Positions 52,812 to 63,406 are shown, counted from the first letter of the stretch. The stretch: 64,000 nucleotides of DNA from an uncultured Gemmatimonadales bacterium (GCA_963701965.1 OY969695.1:2976001-3040000); one strand, 5' to 3'. The notes: a model not told the origin generated them from the sequence alone. Program-made: numbers and translations.

Positions 52812-53487
52812 GTGACTGATCTTGCTGTCGCGGAATCGCTCCACGTATATCGGGCCTGCGGGCTGTGCATCCGGTCCGATCTCCCGTTGCCGGAGTTGCC
52901 GGCGGCCGCCGACGGTGACGTGGTCGCGCTCGAAGTGCGATGGCTCGATGTGCCGGCGCCCGACGACCCGACCGATCCGGCGGGCCAGATCGACATCGAC
53001 GACGACGTCGCAATGGTATGGCGGACGGCGATCGGTCGGTGCATCGTCGCCGAGGGGGCGGACATTCTGCGTGGCGCCCGCGCCCGGCGCCGACCCGGCA
53101 CAGCTCCGGGAGTTTCTCCTGGGACCCGTGTTGCGGGTGGCCCTCCGCCAGCGCGGTTGGCTGCTCGTCCACGGGCGCGTGCTTGCCGTCGCCGAGCGTC
53201 GCATGGTCTGCCTCGACGCGACGGGCGCCTCGGTTGTGGCCCTGAGCGCCGGCGCGGACGATGTCGAGGCGCTCGAGGGATGCGCCAATGTGCCGACCGT
53301 CGTGGACGCGATCTATGTCATTGACGCGTGCGCGAGCGCGCGCCTGGAGCGGTTGGCGCCGCTCGACGCGCGCACGGCCCTGCTCCAGCATGTTTCCGGA
53401 GGCACGATGGCGCGGACCGGCCGCCTCGTGCAGAATGTGGTGACGGCCGTGCCGTTCTATCGGGTGCAGGGCCCGCCGTTCATTTGA
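52812..53487 (+). CDS. HPr-kinase-related protein lacking the P-loop; +1 frameshift near 53065
   Basis: GGAGG RBS; YRACGLCIRSDLPLPEL, FLLGPVL..ALRQRG.LLVH; no GxxGxGKS/T. Confidence 0.6.
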
Positions 53488-54659
53488 CGCGCACGCTGTC
53501 GACGGGCGTTTCGCCGTCGATGGTCCCGAGAGCCCCATGGTTCCGGCGCATGAGCCCCGCGAACGCCTCGGCGATCGACGGGTCGAACTCGGCGCCGGAG
53601 CGGCGTTCAATGTACGCCAGCGCGTCCGACGACGACCACGCCGGACGATACGGCCGGTCGGTGTGCAGCGCATCGAACACATCGCAGACGTGCACCAGCA
53701 TGCTGGCGTAGTGGCAATCGCGTGAGAAATGGCGCCGCGGATACCCGCGGCCGTCGAGCATGATGTGGTGCTCGTAGGCGACAGCGGCCTGGAGGCCGAG
53801 CGCTTTGTCGCTGTTCAGGATGATGCGCGCGCCTTCCGCCGGGTGCCGCTCGAGAATCTCCCGTTCCTCTTCCGTCAGCTCGCCGGGCTTGGTGAGAATC
53901 TGGGGGGGCACACGCACCTTGCCGAGGTCGTGCAGCAGTCCGCAGATGCCGATGGCCCGCACGTCGCGGGGCACGTGTCCGAGCGCTTCGGCCAGCGCCA
54001 TCGCCAGCACGGCAACGTTGATCGAATGCGTCGTCGTGTATTGGTCGAAGGCCTTGAGCCGCAGCAGGGGGATCAACAGCCGCCCGTCGGCGTGCAGCGC
54101 GATCGACAACGATCGCACCACCATCTCGGCTTCGATCATGGGCAGCGTCCCGCGGTCGCCGACCTCGCCGTGCATCCGAGATGACGGTGTCGATCTCCTC
54201 GCGCAGCACGTAGCCCCCGAGGCCGGAATCGGACAGCGCCGGGGACTTGAACTTGCCGTTTCCGCTCAGGTCGACGCCGATCATCCCGAATCGGATGACC
54301 TTCTGTCCCGGTGGCCGCTCGCGCTGCGAGGGATCGGTCATGCGGATATGGATGTCTTCGACGAACGTCGCGAACGCCTCGGCGCCGACATCGGCCACGA
54401 CCTCGACCCGCTGGACGCCGGCCGCGGCGCATTTCTCGGCCCACTCCCAGTCCTTGAGCTCGCGGAGCGCGTCGTATCCGTAGATCACGTCGCGCCCGAC
54501 GAAGCTGAAGTACGGTTGCCCATCCGCCGCCTGGAGGATGCGCAGCCGCTCATAGGCCGCATCGACGGCCCGGGCCCGGGCCGGATGCGCGGGTCCGTAC
54601 AGCGCGGTCGCCGAGAGGGCCTGGGCGAACGAATGCAGAAACGCCGTCGCGTCGTTCAT
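53480..54659 (-). CDS. HD-GYP phosphohydrolase with a +1 frameshift near 54178
   Basis: HSINVA, LLHDLGK, EHH...DGRGYP, DVFDAL.TDRPYR; N-part begins MNDATAF. Confidence 0.88.
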
Positions 54660-56719
54660 GCCGACGCTCCCGCGGCCACGCGGATCGCCCGGTCGCCCGA
54701 ACGCGCGGCTTTGGCGATGATCTTGGCCACCTTGGGATCCGCGGCCCACCGCGCCGTCAGCGCCGTCAGCGCCGCCAGCATCGTCGGCGAGCGGGGCAAC
54801 AATTTGTCGCGCCGAAGCCACCGCGTGCGCTTCACGGTGAGACTCCACAGGCAGCTCAACGCCGCCGGCACAGTCGACGTCCCGATCGCTTGAATGGCCA
54901 GGAGCTCGAGCTCCGGCGGCAGCGTCTCCGCGGCCAGCTTGGCGGTGATCTTGGGCACGATCGCGGGTGGGCACTCCTTGAGCGCGGCGTCGAGACCCAT
55001 CCGGAGGAGCTGGGGGTCGCTGTCGGCGATCGCCACCGTGAGCCCCAGGACACGGGTCTGGGTCCGTTTGAGCAACAGCCGCAACGCCTCGCGGCGCACG
55101 CGCACGTCGGTATTCTCGGCGTAGTCGGCGGCCGTGAACTGCGGCGGCCACGTTTCCAGGGAGCTCATGAGAATCAACAAGTTCCGCTGCGCGTACCACG
55201 GCGCGTTGGGGAGCCGCCGCACGATAGCGGGGCCAATGCCGTCCCCAAGCGAGGCCAGGACGTCCAGGATTCGGCGGCGCGCGGCGCGGGATGTCGACTC
55301 GATGAGGGCGTCCAACAGGATCTCGGTCGCCGAGTCGCCCACCCGCTTGGCGAATTCCCCGATCCGGCGCGCGTCGACGGCGGGGGCGGCGAGCAGCTGT
55401 CGGAAGTGTTCGGGCGTGGCCATGCGCGAGCGGATCACGCCGGGCAGCGGGTTGTCGCCGGGAATGGCGTCGAGCGTGTCCAGCACGAGGATGATGTCCC
55501 CGCGCGCGATGAGCGCGTCGATGGTCTCCCACAGCGCCGGCAATGTGTTGCGGAGCTCGAGGCAGATCTCGAACGTGCGCTCCAACTCGCTGACTTGCGT
55601 GATCCCCGTGGCGATCTTCCCCAGCTCGGCCGGGCGCGACAGATCGTCCAGCGCCTGGGCATACAGGGTCGACGTCGGATCGGGAAGCGTCCACCCGTCG
55701 ATCAGATCCCGGACCTGGTCGCGGAACGTCGCATCGCTTGGCTGGCGCAGCGGCGCGGCGCCGCGCTGGGCGTGTCCGGCGAGCTTGACCAGGAGGCGCA
55801 TCAGCGGCTGGGAGATCGCGCGCTGCGAGACGGTCGCGGCGGCCGTCGTGATGGACAGCACCGCGTCGACGGCCATCCCCTGCGCCGCGTCCATGAGGAA
55901 TGCTTTCCGCTGGGCCAGGTCGCCGCCCATCTTGAGCAGCCGCTGGAGCGCTTCGGGGCTCAGGTTGGCGACCAGGTTGGACACGCGGCCGCGCAACATG
56001 CTGGAATCAGCGTTGTCCGTCGTCCGCAGCTCATCGGCGATCTGCAGCAGGTAGCCGACGACGACCTGTTCGTAGGCGTCTTCCGACTCCTTGGTGTGCG
56101 TGTTGATCGCATCGGCCAACACCTTGGGATCGGTGTTGGTGTTGCCTTTGTCATCGCCCCGGACGTTGAGCGCCGCCTGGGCCAGCGAAAGCCAGAGCTG
56201 CGCGGCGCGCGGCACGGCGCGCGGCTTTCCGTCGGCCGGGCCGCCGTCTTCGTCGATGAGCGCCAGCCGGTCGTACGCCTGGCGATAGAGCTGGATGTGC
56301 ACCCAGCCCCCGGGGGCCGCGCTCGTGATCGGATCGACCGAGTGCTCCTCGGGCTCGCCCGCCAGGCGGCCGAGGACTTCGGCCAGCTCCGCGTCGGTGA
56401 GGCCGGGCAGCAGCTTGATGCCCGCCACGCGGTGGGCGTGGAGGCGTCCGGCCAGCGCGCGGAGCAGGTTGTTCTTGCTGTCCGTGGCCACGCCGTCGAT
56501 GATCATCTGGTCGCGGGCGACGCCGATGGTCAGCGACTGCCGCCCCGCCATGAGGGGCGTGAGCTTGTCGAGGACCCGCCGTTCCGACGTCTCCAACGAC
56601 GGATGGCCGCCGGGGTACATGGCCCGGCGTTGGGACGCAACGGCCAGGTCGATCAGGAACTCGGTCAGCTCCCGGCTGGGTTGCGCAACGGTTTGCTCCT
56701 GCCGCGCAGACGTGCTCAC
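54656..56719 (-). CDS. HEAT-repeat domain protein
   Basis: C-terminal HEAT-like repeats (PWYAQRNLL, DVRVRREALRLL, DSDPQLLR); stop overlaps the HD-GYP start. Confidence 0.8.
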   Translation of the reverse strand: MSTSARQEQTVAQPSRELTEFLIDLAVASQRRAMYPGGHPSLETSERRVLDKLTPLMAGRQSLTIGVARDQMIIDGVATDSKNNLLRALAGRLHAHRVAGIKLLPGLTDAELAEVLGRLAGEPEEHSVDPITSAAPGGWVHIQLYRQAYDRLALIDEDGGPADGKPRAVPRAAQLWLSLAQAALNVRGDDKGNTNTDPKVLADAINTHTKESEDAYEQVVVGYLLQIADELRTTDNADSSMLRGRVSNLVANLSPEALQRLLKMGGDLAQRKAFLMDAAQGMAVDAVLSITTAAATVSQRAISQPLMRLLVKLAGHAQRGAAPLRQPSDATFRDQVRDLIDGWTLPDPTSTLYAQALDDLSRPAELGKIATGITQVSELERTFEICLELRNTLPALWETIDALIARGDIILVLDTLDAIPGDNPLPGVIRSRMATPEHFRQLLAAPAVDARRIGEFAKRVGDSATEILLDALIESTSRAARRRILDVLASLGDGIGPAIVRRLPNAPWYAQRNLLILMSSLETWPPQFTAADYAENTDVRVRREALRLLLKRTQTRVLGLTVAIADSDPQLLRMGLDAALKECPPAIVPKITAKLAAETLPPELELLAIQAIGTSTVPAALSCLWSLTVKRTRWLRRDKLLPRSPTMLAALTALTARWAADPKVAKIIAKAARSGDRAIRVAAGASA

Positions 56720-56767
56720 ACTGTCAGGACGACCCGCCCGCGCACGGGGTACAGGCGGTCCGACCGG

Positions 56768-57661
56768 TTATCCCAGCGTGGTCGCCATGCCCATGACGTG
56801 GTAGCCCTTGTCGACGTAGACCGTCGAGCCGGTGATGCCGCTGGCCAGCGGGCTGGCGAGGAACGCCGCGACGTGTCCGACTTCCTCGGCGACCAGGGCT
56901 TCGGGGAGCGGCGTGTTGTTTTTACAGTACTCCACCATGCGCTCGATGATGCCGATGGCGCTGGCGGCGCGCGACGCCAAGGGGCCGGCCGAGATGGTGT
57001 TCACCCGGATGCCGTACTTCCGCCCGGCTTCCCAGGCCAGCACGCGGGTATCGCTTTCCAGCGCGGCTTTGGCCGAGCTCATGCCGCCGCCATAGCCCGG
57101 CACCACGCGTTCGCTCGCCATATAAGTGAGCGATAACGCCGACCCTCCGGGCCGGAACAAGGGGCCCAAGCGGCTGACGGCGGCGGTGAGCGAGTACGCG
57201 CTCGTGCCGATGGCCGCGAGATAGCCGGCGCGGCTCGTTTCCAGGAGCGGTTTTTTGACTTCCGGGGCGTTGGCCAGGGAGTGCACGACGATGTCGAGCG
57301 GCTGGTCCCCAAAGTCGCTGGTGAGGCGCGCGACCAGGCCGGCGATCGTGAAGTCGCCGACGTCCTTGTAGCGTTTATTGGTCGCGATGTCGGCGGGAAC
57401 GTCGCCCAGGGTATCGTAGGCGGCGTCCAGGGGGTAGATCTTCTCGAAGGTGAGTTGGGACCCGTCCGACATCCGGCGCGCCGCGTCCATCTTGCCGCGC
57501 TCGAGCAGGTTCAGGAAGATGTTGAGCGCCGGCGGCCAGGTGCCGACCGACACGCGCGCCCCGGCCTCGGCCAGGGCTTTGGCGATCGCGAATCCGAATC
57601 CCGCGTCGTCGGCCACACCCAGGACGAGCGCGCGTTTCCCGGTCAGGTCTATTTTCAGCAT
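56768..57661 (-). CDS. fabI: Enoyl-ACP reductase (plant/Chlamydia/apicomplexan-type FabI)
   Basis: [54 protein letters not shown]. Confidence 0.93.
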   Translation of the reverse strand: MLKIDLTGKRALVLGVADDAGFGFAIAKALAEAGARVSVGTWPPALNIFLNLLERGKMDAARRMSDGSQLTFEKIYPLDAAYDTLGDVPADIATNKRYKDVGDFTIAGLVARLTSDFGDQPLDIVVHSLANAPEVKKPLLETSRAGYLAAIGTSAYSLTAAVSRLGPLFRPGGSALSLTYMASERVVPGYGGGMSSAKAALESDTRVLAWEAGRKYGIRVNTISAGPLASRAASAIGIIERMVEYCKNNTPLPEALVAEEVGHVAAFLASPLASGITGSTVYVDKGYHVMGMATTLG

Positions 57662-57704
57662 GGTGGAAAATAGCCCGGACGACGGTTCGCGACAGCAGAC
57701 GCTC

Positions 57705-58823
57705 GTGCGGGGTCGATCCGGTCCTTCGTTCGTCCGCGGACTGTGGCGGGTGGCCGCCGCCGACGTGTCGAGCGGGAACCGCGTCCGATTGTTGCGCGAC
57801 GGCGCGGCGACGTTCGACGCGATGCTGGAGTTGATCGCCGCGGCACGGACGTCGGTCGCGATCGAGCAGTACATCTTCCGCGGCGACGAGGTGGGCCGGC
57901 GTTTCGCCGAGGCCTTGGGCGCGGCGGCGGAGCGCGGCGTCGCCGTGCGGGTGCTGGCGGATTGGTTCGGGCGCGTGGGTACCCCGCGCGCGTTCTGGCG
58001 GAACCTGCGGGCGCGGGGCGTCGACGTGCGGTTCTTCAATCCGGTGGGGTTTCGCCGGTGGTTTGGCTGGGTGCCGCGCGACCACCGGAAGCTGCTCGTG
58101 GTCGACGAAGGCGCGGGCGTGACCGGCGGCATCGGCATCGGCGCCGAGTGGCGCACGGGGGTGCTCAAGCGCCGGCGGTCGCCGTGGCGCGACACCGCGG
58201 TGTGCATCCGCGGCGCGGCCGGCGCCGACATGCAGCGGGCCTTCGAGTCGATGTGGACCCGGTCCCTGGGAAAAGAGCGGCGGGGCGCGCACCGGCTCAT
58301 GAGCCGCAAGTCGCGCGGCGCGCATCTCGACCCGGCGACTGACGAGCCGTCGCTGGTCGGCATCATCGAGGGCGAGCCCGGCCGTCTGCGCGTCTCCCGC
58401 GCGCTCCAGATCCAGGCGGTGTCGGCCGAGAAGACCATCTGGATCGCCAGCGCGTACTTCGTCCCGGCGTTCTCCGAAGTCGAGGCGCTCACCGGCGCCG
58501 CCCGCGACGGCGTCGACGTGCGGATTCTGGTGCCGTCGCGCTATGACCATCCCTGGATCCGGCTCCTGACCACGCATTTCTATCGCCGGCTGCTCATGAA
58601 CGGCGTGCGCATCTTCGAGTGGAAGGGCGAGATGATGCACGCCAAGACGAGCGTCGTCGACGGCCGCTTCACCCGTGTCGGCTCCACGGACTACAACCCG
58701 CTCGGCGTCGCCATCAACTTCGAGTTGGACGCGGTGATCGAGGACGCCGCGGTCGGCGCCGAGGCCGAGCGAATGTTCCTCGCCGATCTGGAGACGTCGC
58801 AGGAAATTCGGCGAGCGCCCTAA
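57705..58823 (+). CDS. Phospholipase D/cardiolipin synthase family protein
   Basis: Two HKD motifs, DHRKLLVVD and [13 protein letters not shown]; start uncertain (57660 or 57705). Confidence 0.88.
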   Translation: MRGRSGPSFVRGLWRVAAADVSSGNRVRLLRDGAATFDAMLELIAAARTSVAIEQYIFRGDEVGRRFAEALGAAAERGVAVRVLADWFGRVGTPRAFWRNLRARGVDVRFFNPVGFRRWFGWVPRDHRKLLVVDEGAGVTGGIGIGAEWRTGVLKRRRSPWRDTAVCIRGAAGADMQRAFESMWTRSLGKERRGAHRLMSRKSRGAHLDPATDEPSLVGIIEGEPGRLRVSRALQIQAVSAEKTIWIASAYFVPAFSEVEALTGAARDGVDVRILVPSRYDHPWIRLLTTHFYRRLLMNGVRIFEWKGEMMHAKTSVVDGRFTRVGSTDYNPLGVAINFELDAVIEDAAVGAEAERMFLADLETSQEIRRAP

Positions 58824-61198
58824 TCGGCCTGCAGCGCTCTCGCCGGATCGACGCGCGTCGCCTGGTGCGCGGGGAAGAACGCCGCGAACATGGCGACCGC
58901 GAGTAAGACGACACAGGCCGCAATCAGAGCGATGGGATCGTAGGGGCGGACCTGGTAAAGCAGCGAGGCGACCAGGCGGGAGAGCGCGAGCGCTACCACA
59001 ATCCCGACGACGGCTCCCGCCGCCGACACGGCCAGCGCGCGGCCGAGGACTTCGCGGCGGACGCGGTCGGGCGTAGCGCCGAGCGCCATGCGGATCCCAA
59101 TGTCGCGCGTGCTCTCGCGGACGGCGGTCGCCATGATGCCATAGAGGCCGATCGCGGCGAGTGCCAGCGCGACCATGCCGAACGCCGAGAGGAGGAGCGC
59201 GCTCATGCGCGGCTGGGCCAGAGGGGCGTCGAGCAGCTGATCCATCGTTTGGGCCCGATACAGTTGGAGGCCTGGTTCGATGTGAGCCGTCGCTTTCCGG
59301 ATCGCGGGCAGCACGGTGGCCAGCGGGACCGCGGTCCGGATGGCCACCCATCCCTGCCAGTAGAATTGCCGGTACGGCACAAACACCGTCGGTGTAGACT
59401 CGCGCAGTGTGCGGAGGTGCGTATCGCCGGCGACGCCGACCACCGTACGCCACGTTACCGTGTCGCCGCCGTCGTATCGGATGCGCTTGCCGATCGGGTC
59501 GGCGCCCGGCCAGAAGCGACGGGCGACCGCTTCGCTCACCACGACGACCAGCGGCGATTTTTCCCGGTCGGTGTCGAGAAACCCGCGGCCGCGGACAATG
59601 GGGATGCCGAACGTCCGGAAATAATCGGCGTTGCCGGACTCTTGCGGGATCCACACGCCGGCGTCCGGTTGCGGCTGTTGTTCCGTGACCCACAGCGCGG
59701 TCCACACGTTGGCGCCAAGCAGTGGCTCGATCGTTGTGGGTGTGAGCGACGTGATGCCGGGAATGGCTCGTAGCCGGGGCGCGATGGCATCGAATCGATC
59801 GTAATCTTTCATCGGCTCGCTGTCCGTCGCGGTGATCCGGAACGTGAAGGAGAGCATCGTCAGATGCGACGGACGAAAGCCCAGTGGGATGGTTTCGAGC
59901 TGTTGGAGGCTGCGCACGAGCAATCCGGCGCCGGCCAACATCACGAGTGCAAGCGCGACCTGCGCCGCCACCAGGAGCTGCCGCGTGCGCTGGCGGTCGC
60001 GAGTGCCGGTACCCGCGCGTCGATCGAGGCGGAGCGGCGACATGGGGCTGCGGGCGCCCGCGAGGAATGCGGGCACGACGCCGAACGCCAGCACGGCGAT
60101 ACCCGTGAGGCCCAACGCGAGCCCGAGCGGGGCACCGGCGACGCGGACCGCATCCAGCCGTGGTAATTCGCGCGGCGCAGCGGTGATCAACGTGCGGCGC
60201 AGGAACTCGGCGCACGCGAGACCGAGCGCGCCGCCCGCGACGGCGAGGAGGCCGCTTTCCAGCAGCAGATGCCGCACGATGTCGCCGGGCGTCGCGCCGA
60301 GAGCTCTGCGCACCGCCAACTCGCGGGCGCGCGTGCCGGCGCGGAGCAGCAGCAAGTTGCCGACGTTGGCGCAGGCGATCGCCAGGAGCAGGCCGACGGC
60401 GGCCGTCAGCACGATCAGTACCGGCCGGACGTTGCCGGTCACGCCGGTCGCCAACGTCCGGATCTGGGCCCGATACGAATGTCCCAAATCGTGGTGACGG
60501 TCGAGCGATTGCGTCAGGGTCATCATCTCGGCCCGCGCCGTGGCCAGCGTGGCGCCCGGCGCCAGGCGGGCAATGACGTCGGACGCGACGCCGTGTGCTT
60601 CCCCCCTCCAATAGTCCGTGCCGACGGGATAATCGAGACCCGGCGGCGCGACGCCCACGATCGTGTAGGGCGATCCATCGTACGGCAATGTCAGGTGACG
60701 GCCGATGACCGACGGGTCGCCGCCGAACTGTCGTTGCCAGGCGCCGTAGCTGAGCACGATGACGACCGGCGCCCCCTTCGCATCATCGTCGCGTCGGATG
60801 AGTCGGCCGATCACCGGCCGCACGCCGAGCAGGTCGAAGAAATTGCCGCTGACCAGCGCTGCGGCCAGCGTGACTGGCTGGTCATTGTAGGTGACGGGGA
60901 ACGGTTGCGCGTTCCAATGCGCGATACTGGCCATCTCGCGCATCGTGCGGCTGTGCGGGGCCATCGCCTTGATGTCGTCGCGCGACATCGCCACGTCCGT
61001 CCCCGCCTCGTCGACGATCGCCGGCAAGACCACCCGGTCGGGATCGCGCACTGGCAGCCGTTGCAGCAACACGGCGCGGAACACCGTGAACACCGCGGCT
61101 GACGCGCCGATCCCGAGACCCAGGATCAGCACGGTCGTGATGGTGAACGTCGGGGCGCGTCGGAGCCCACGGAGCGCGACGCGCAATGCCCGGATCAC
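58820..61198 (-). CDS. ABC permease, duplicated MacB/FtsX type (ADOP-like)
   Basis: IACANVGNLLL, RELAVRRALGA, IGIRMALGA, RVDPARAL. Confidence 0.92.
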   Translation of the reverse strand: MIRALRVALRGLRRAPTFTITTVLILGLGIGASAAVFTVFRAVLLQRLPVRDPDRVVLPAIVDEAGTDVAMSRDDIKAMAPHSRTMREMASIAHWNAQPFPVTYNDQPVTLAAALVSGNFFDLLGVRPVIGRLIRRDDDAKGAPVVIVLSYGAWQRQFGGDPSVIGRHLTLPYDGSPYTIVGVAPPGLDYPVGTDYWRGEAHGVASDVIARLAPGATLATARAEMMTLTQSLDRHHDLGHSYRAQIRTLATGVTGNVRPVLIVLTAAVGLLLAIACANVGNLLLLRAGTRARELAVRRALGATPGDIVRHLLLESGLLAVAGGALGLACAEFLRRTLITAAPRELPRLDAVRVAGAPLGLALGLTGIAVLAFGVVPAFLAGARSPMSPLRLDRRAGTGTRDRQRTRQLLVAAQVALALVMLAGAGLLVRSLQQLETIPLGFRPSHLTMLSFTFRITATDSEPMKDYDRFDAIAPRLRAIPGITSLTPTTIEPLLGANVWTALWVTEQQPQPDAGVWIPQESGNADYFRTFGIPIVRGRGFLDTDREKSPLVVVVSEAVARRFWPGADPIGKRIRYDGGDTVTWRTVVGVAGDTHLRTLRESTPTVFVPYRQFYWQGWVAIRTAVPLATVLPAIRKATAHIEPGLQLYRAQTMDQLLDAPLAQPRMSALLLSAFGMVALALAAIGLYGIMATAVRESTRDIGIRMALGATPDRVRREVLGRALAVSAAGAVVGIVVALALSRLVASLLYQVRPYDPIALIAACVVLLAVAMFAAFFPAHQATRVDPARALQAD

Positions 61199-62358
61199 AA
61201 GGCCTCGCCGGCGACCCGCGCCGCCTCGGCCAGGACCGCGGCGCCGACGTAAATGCTCGCCTCGGCCGCATAGAATCGCGGCGAGTGCGCTGCGTGGCGT
61301 TCGCCGCCCGGCTCGCGGGCGCCGATCCGCATGAACGCGCCCGGCATGCGTTCCAAGTAGCAGGCGAAGTCTTCGCCGCCCATGTTCGTCGTGCCCAGCG
61401 GGACGACGCCGTCGGGGCCGACGACGCGGGTCGCGGCGTCGCGGGCCCAGCGGGCCGCGTCGTCCGGGTTGACCAGTGGCGGAGTGCCTTGTGGCAGCGT
61501 GACGGTCGCGGTGAGCCGGTAGGCGGCGCCGATCTGCTCGGCGAGCCGCCGGACTTCCCCGATCAGGAGCGCGCGGGACTCCGGTTCGGTCGCCCGGATG
61601 GTGCCACTTAGCGTGGCCGTCTCCGGGATGATGTTGGGTGCGGTGCCCGCCCGGATCGTCCCGACGGTCACCACGCCCGCCGCCGCCGGCGCCAGGCGCC
61701 GCGAGACGATCGTCTGGAGCGCGGTAATCAGGGCCGCCGCGCCCACGACCGGATCGGCCGACTCCTGCGGACGCGCGCCGTGAGCGCCGCGCCCCGTGAG
61801 GACGATCTCGAACGTGTCCGCCAATGCCGCCAGCGGTCCGGCATCGGCCACGACTTCGCCGACCGCGAACCGGCGGTCCACGTGGCCGCCGAAGATCGCG
61901 CGCGCGCCGTCGAGCGCCCCGCTCGCCAACACCGCCCGGGCGCCTTCGCCGACCTCTTCGGCGGGCTGGAACACCACCAGGACATCACCAGCCGCGGGTC
62001 GCTTGCCGAGCAGCACGGCGGCGCCCGCCGCCCACGTCGCGTGGATGTCGTGGCCACAGGCGTGCATGACGCCCGATCGCTCCGAAGCATAGGGGAGTCC
62101 CGTCGCCTCCTCGATCGGCAGCGCGTCAATGTCGCCGCGCACGGCGACCGTCGGTCCGCCCCGTCCCGGGATGCGCGCCAGGAGCCCGGTGTCGACGATG
62201 CGGACGACGTCGGAGACGCCCAGGGCGCGCAGCGCTTTCTCGATGCGCCGGGCGGTTTCGGTCTCGCGCCAGGACAGCTCCGGGAACCGGTGCAACTCCC
62301 GGCGGAGCGCGATCAGCGCGGCGCGCTCGTCTTCGGTGAACAGCGTCTCGGGTTGCAC
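61195..62358 (-). CDS. M20D amidohydrolase
   Basis: LHRFPELS, DIDALPI, MHACGHD, FQPAEE, GGEDFA, HSP.F. Confidence 0.92.
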   Translation of the reverse strand: MQPETLFTEDERAALIALRRELHRFPELSWRETETARRIEKALRALGVSDVVRIVDTGLLARIPGRGGPTVAVRGDIDALPIEEATGLPYASERSGVMHACGHDIHATWAAGAAVLLGKRPAAGDVLVVFQPAEEVGEGARAVLASGALDGARAIFGGHVDRRFAVGEVVADAGPLAALADTFEIVLTGRGAHGARPQESADPVVGAAALITALQTIVSRRLAPAAAGVVTVGTIRAGTAPNIIPETATLSGTIRATEPESRALLIGEVRRLAEQIGAAYRLTATVTLPQGTPPLVNPDDAARWARDAATRVVGPDGVVPLGTTNMGGEDFACYLERMPGAFMRIGAREPGGERHAAHSPRFYAAEASIYVGAAVLAEAARVAGEAL

Positions 62359-62402
62359 ACCGGAGCTTGCGTCCCGGAGCGGATCATAGCAAGAGTGCAC
62401 CC

Positions 62403-62960
62403 GTGCACGACACGGATGAGCCGGAGACGTGGCGCCGCCCCGCGGGCCTTTTCATCCTCGCCATGGTCGAGGGGCCGGCCGCCGATCGCATTCAGGCCAT
62501 TCAGCGGGAGTACGACCCCAAGTTCGCGACGGCCCACCGTCCGCACCTGACCCTGGCCGGCTCCTCCGGCGTCGGCCCGATCCACGCCGGCACGTCGATC
62601 GAGACCGTGCGCGCCGCGTTGGTACCGGTGGCGGCGGCGACGCCGCCTCTGGCCCTGGCGTTTGGGCCGCCGACGCGATTCATGCAGACCAACGTGGTGA
62701 GTCTCCCGTTGGATCCTCACGGGCCCCTGCGCGTGCTCCATGATCGCATCGCCCAGAGCGGTCTCGCGTTCAGCGCGGCCCGGTTCACGTTCACGCCGCA
62801 CGTGACGCTCAGTTTCTACCCGACGCTGAGCCGCGACCGGTTGCGGGAGCTCTTGAGCCTCCGCATCACGGAGCCGGCGCGCTTCGCGAGCCTCGCCATA
62901 TCGTCGACCGACGATCCGCTCCCGCCCAAGCTGGTGTTGGAGATCCCCCTCGGCGGCTAG
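62403..62960 (+). CDS. 2H phosphoesterase (2'-5' RNA ligase family)
   Basis: PHLTL and PHVTL motifs. Confidence 0.82.
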   Translation: MHDTDEPETWRRPAGLFILAMVEGPAADRIQAIQREYDPKFATAHRPHLTLAGSSGVGPIHAGTSIETVRAALVPVAAATPPLALAFGPPTRFMQTNVVSLPLDPHGPLRVLHDRIAQSGLAFSAARFTFTPHVTLSFYPTLSRDRLRELLSLRITEPARFASLAISSTDDPLPPKLVLEIPLGG

Positions 62961-63406
62961 AGGGCTTTCCGGACGGCGGCGTCCACGTCCGGCGCGCCGC
63001 CGCTGCCGGCGTACACGACGGTGCCTTTGGCATTGATGACGACGAGATATGACGTGCCCGGTACATCGTACGCCTCGACCGCGGCGCCGGTGTCGTCGTA
63101 CAGGACCGGGCCGACGAACGGCTTTTGCCGCGCATACCGCGCCACCTCGGCCGGTGTCTCGTCGACTGCGACCGCGACCGTCACGAACGCGACGCGTCCC
63201 GTGTAGCGCCGCGCCGCCGCCTGGAGCGCCGGCTCCAGCTCGCGGCAGTTGGGGCACCATTTCGCCCAGAACTCGATCACCGCCGGCCTGTGGCCGATGT
63301 ATGTCGAGAGGTTCGCGGCCTGGCCATCGAGCGTCTGGACCGCGGCGTGGGGAGCCGGCGCGCCCACGGCGATGGCGAGCAGCGCGGAGAGGGTCCACCG
63401 GCGCAT
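62957..63406 (-). CDS. TlpA-family thiol-disulfide reductase (exported)
   Basis: FWAKWCPNC; signal peptide. Confidence 0.88.
   Translation of the reverse strand: MRRWTLSALLAIAVGAPAPHAAVQTLDGQAANLSTYIGHRPAVIEFWAKWCPNCRELEPALQAAARRYTGRVAFVTVAVAVDETPAEVARYARQKPFVGPVLYDDTGAAVEAYDVPGTSYLVVINAKGTVVYAGSGGAPDVDAAVRKAL

Noticed and set aside
52812..53487. Lasso-peptide/RiPP cluster
   Set aside because: No PqqD/RRE, cyclase, peptidase or precursor gene nearby
20106..54659. Frameshifts as programmed ribosomal frameshifting or true pseudogenes
   Set aside because: No slippery heptamers, unrelated gene families, uniform +1 insertions at one motif and largely intact catalytic residues; sequencing error is more parsimonious
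57659..57662. fabI and PLD start codons overlapping in a shared CATG
   Set aside because: The PLD start is uncertain and a downstream GTG (57705) is equally plausible
57375..60611. Very long alternative-frame ORFs (also 2193-4619, 4648-6636, 47353-49593, 54890-57136)
   Set aside because: Arg/Pro/Gly-rich shadow frames of well-supported genes, expected in high-GC DNA
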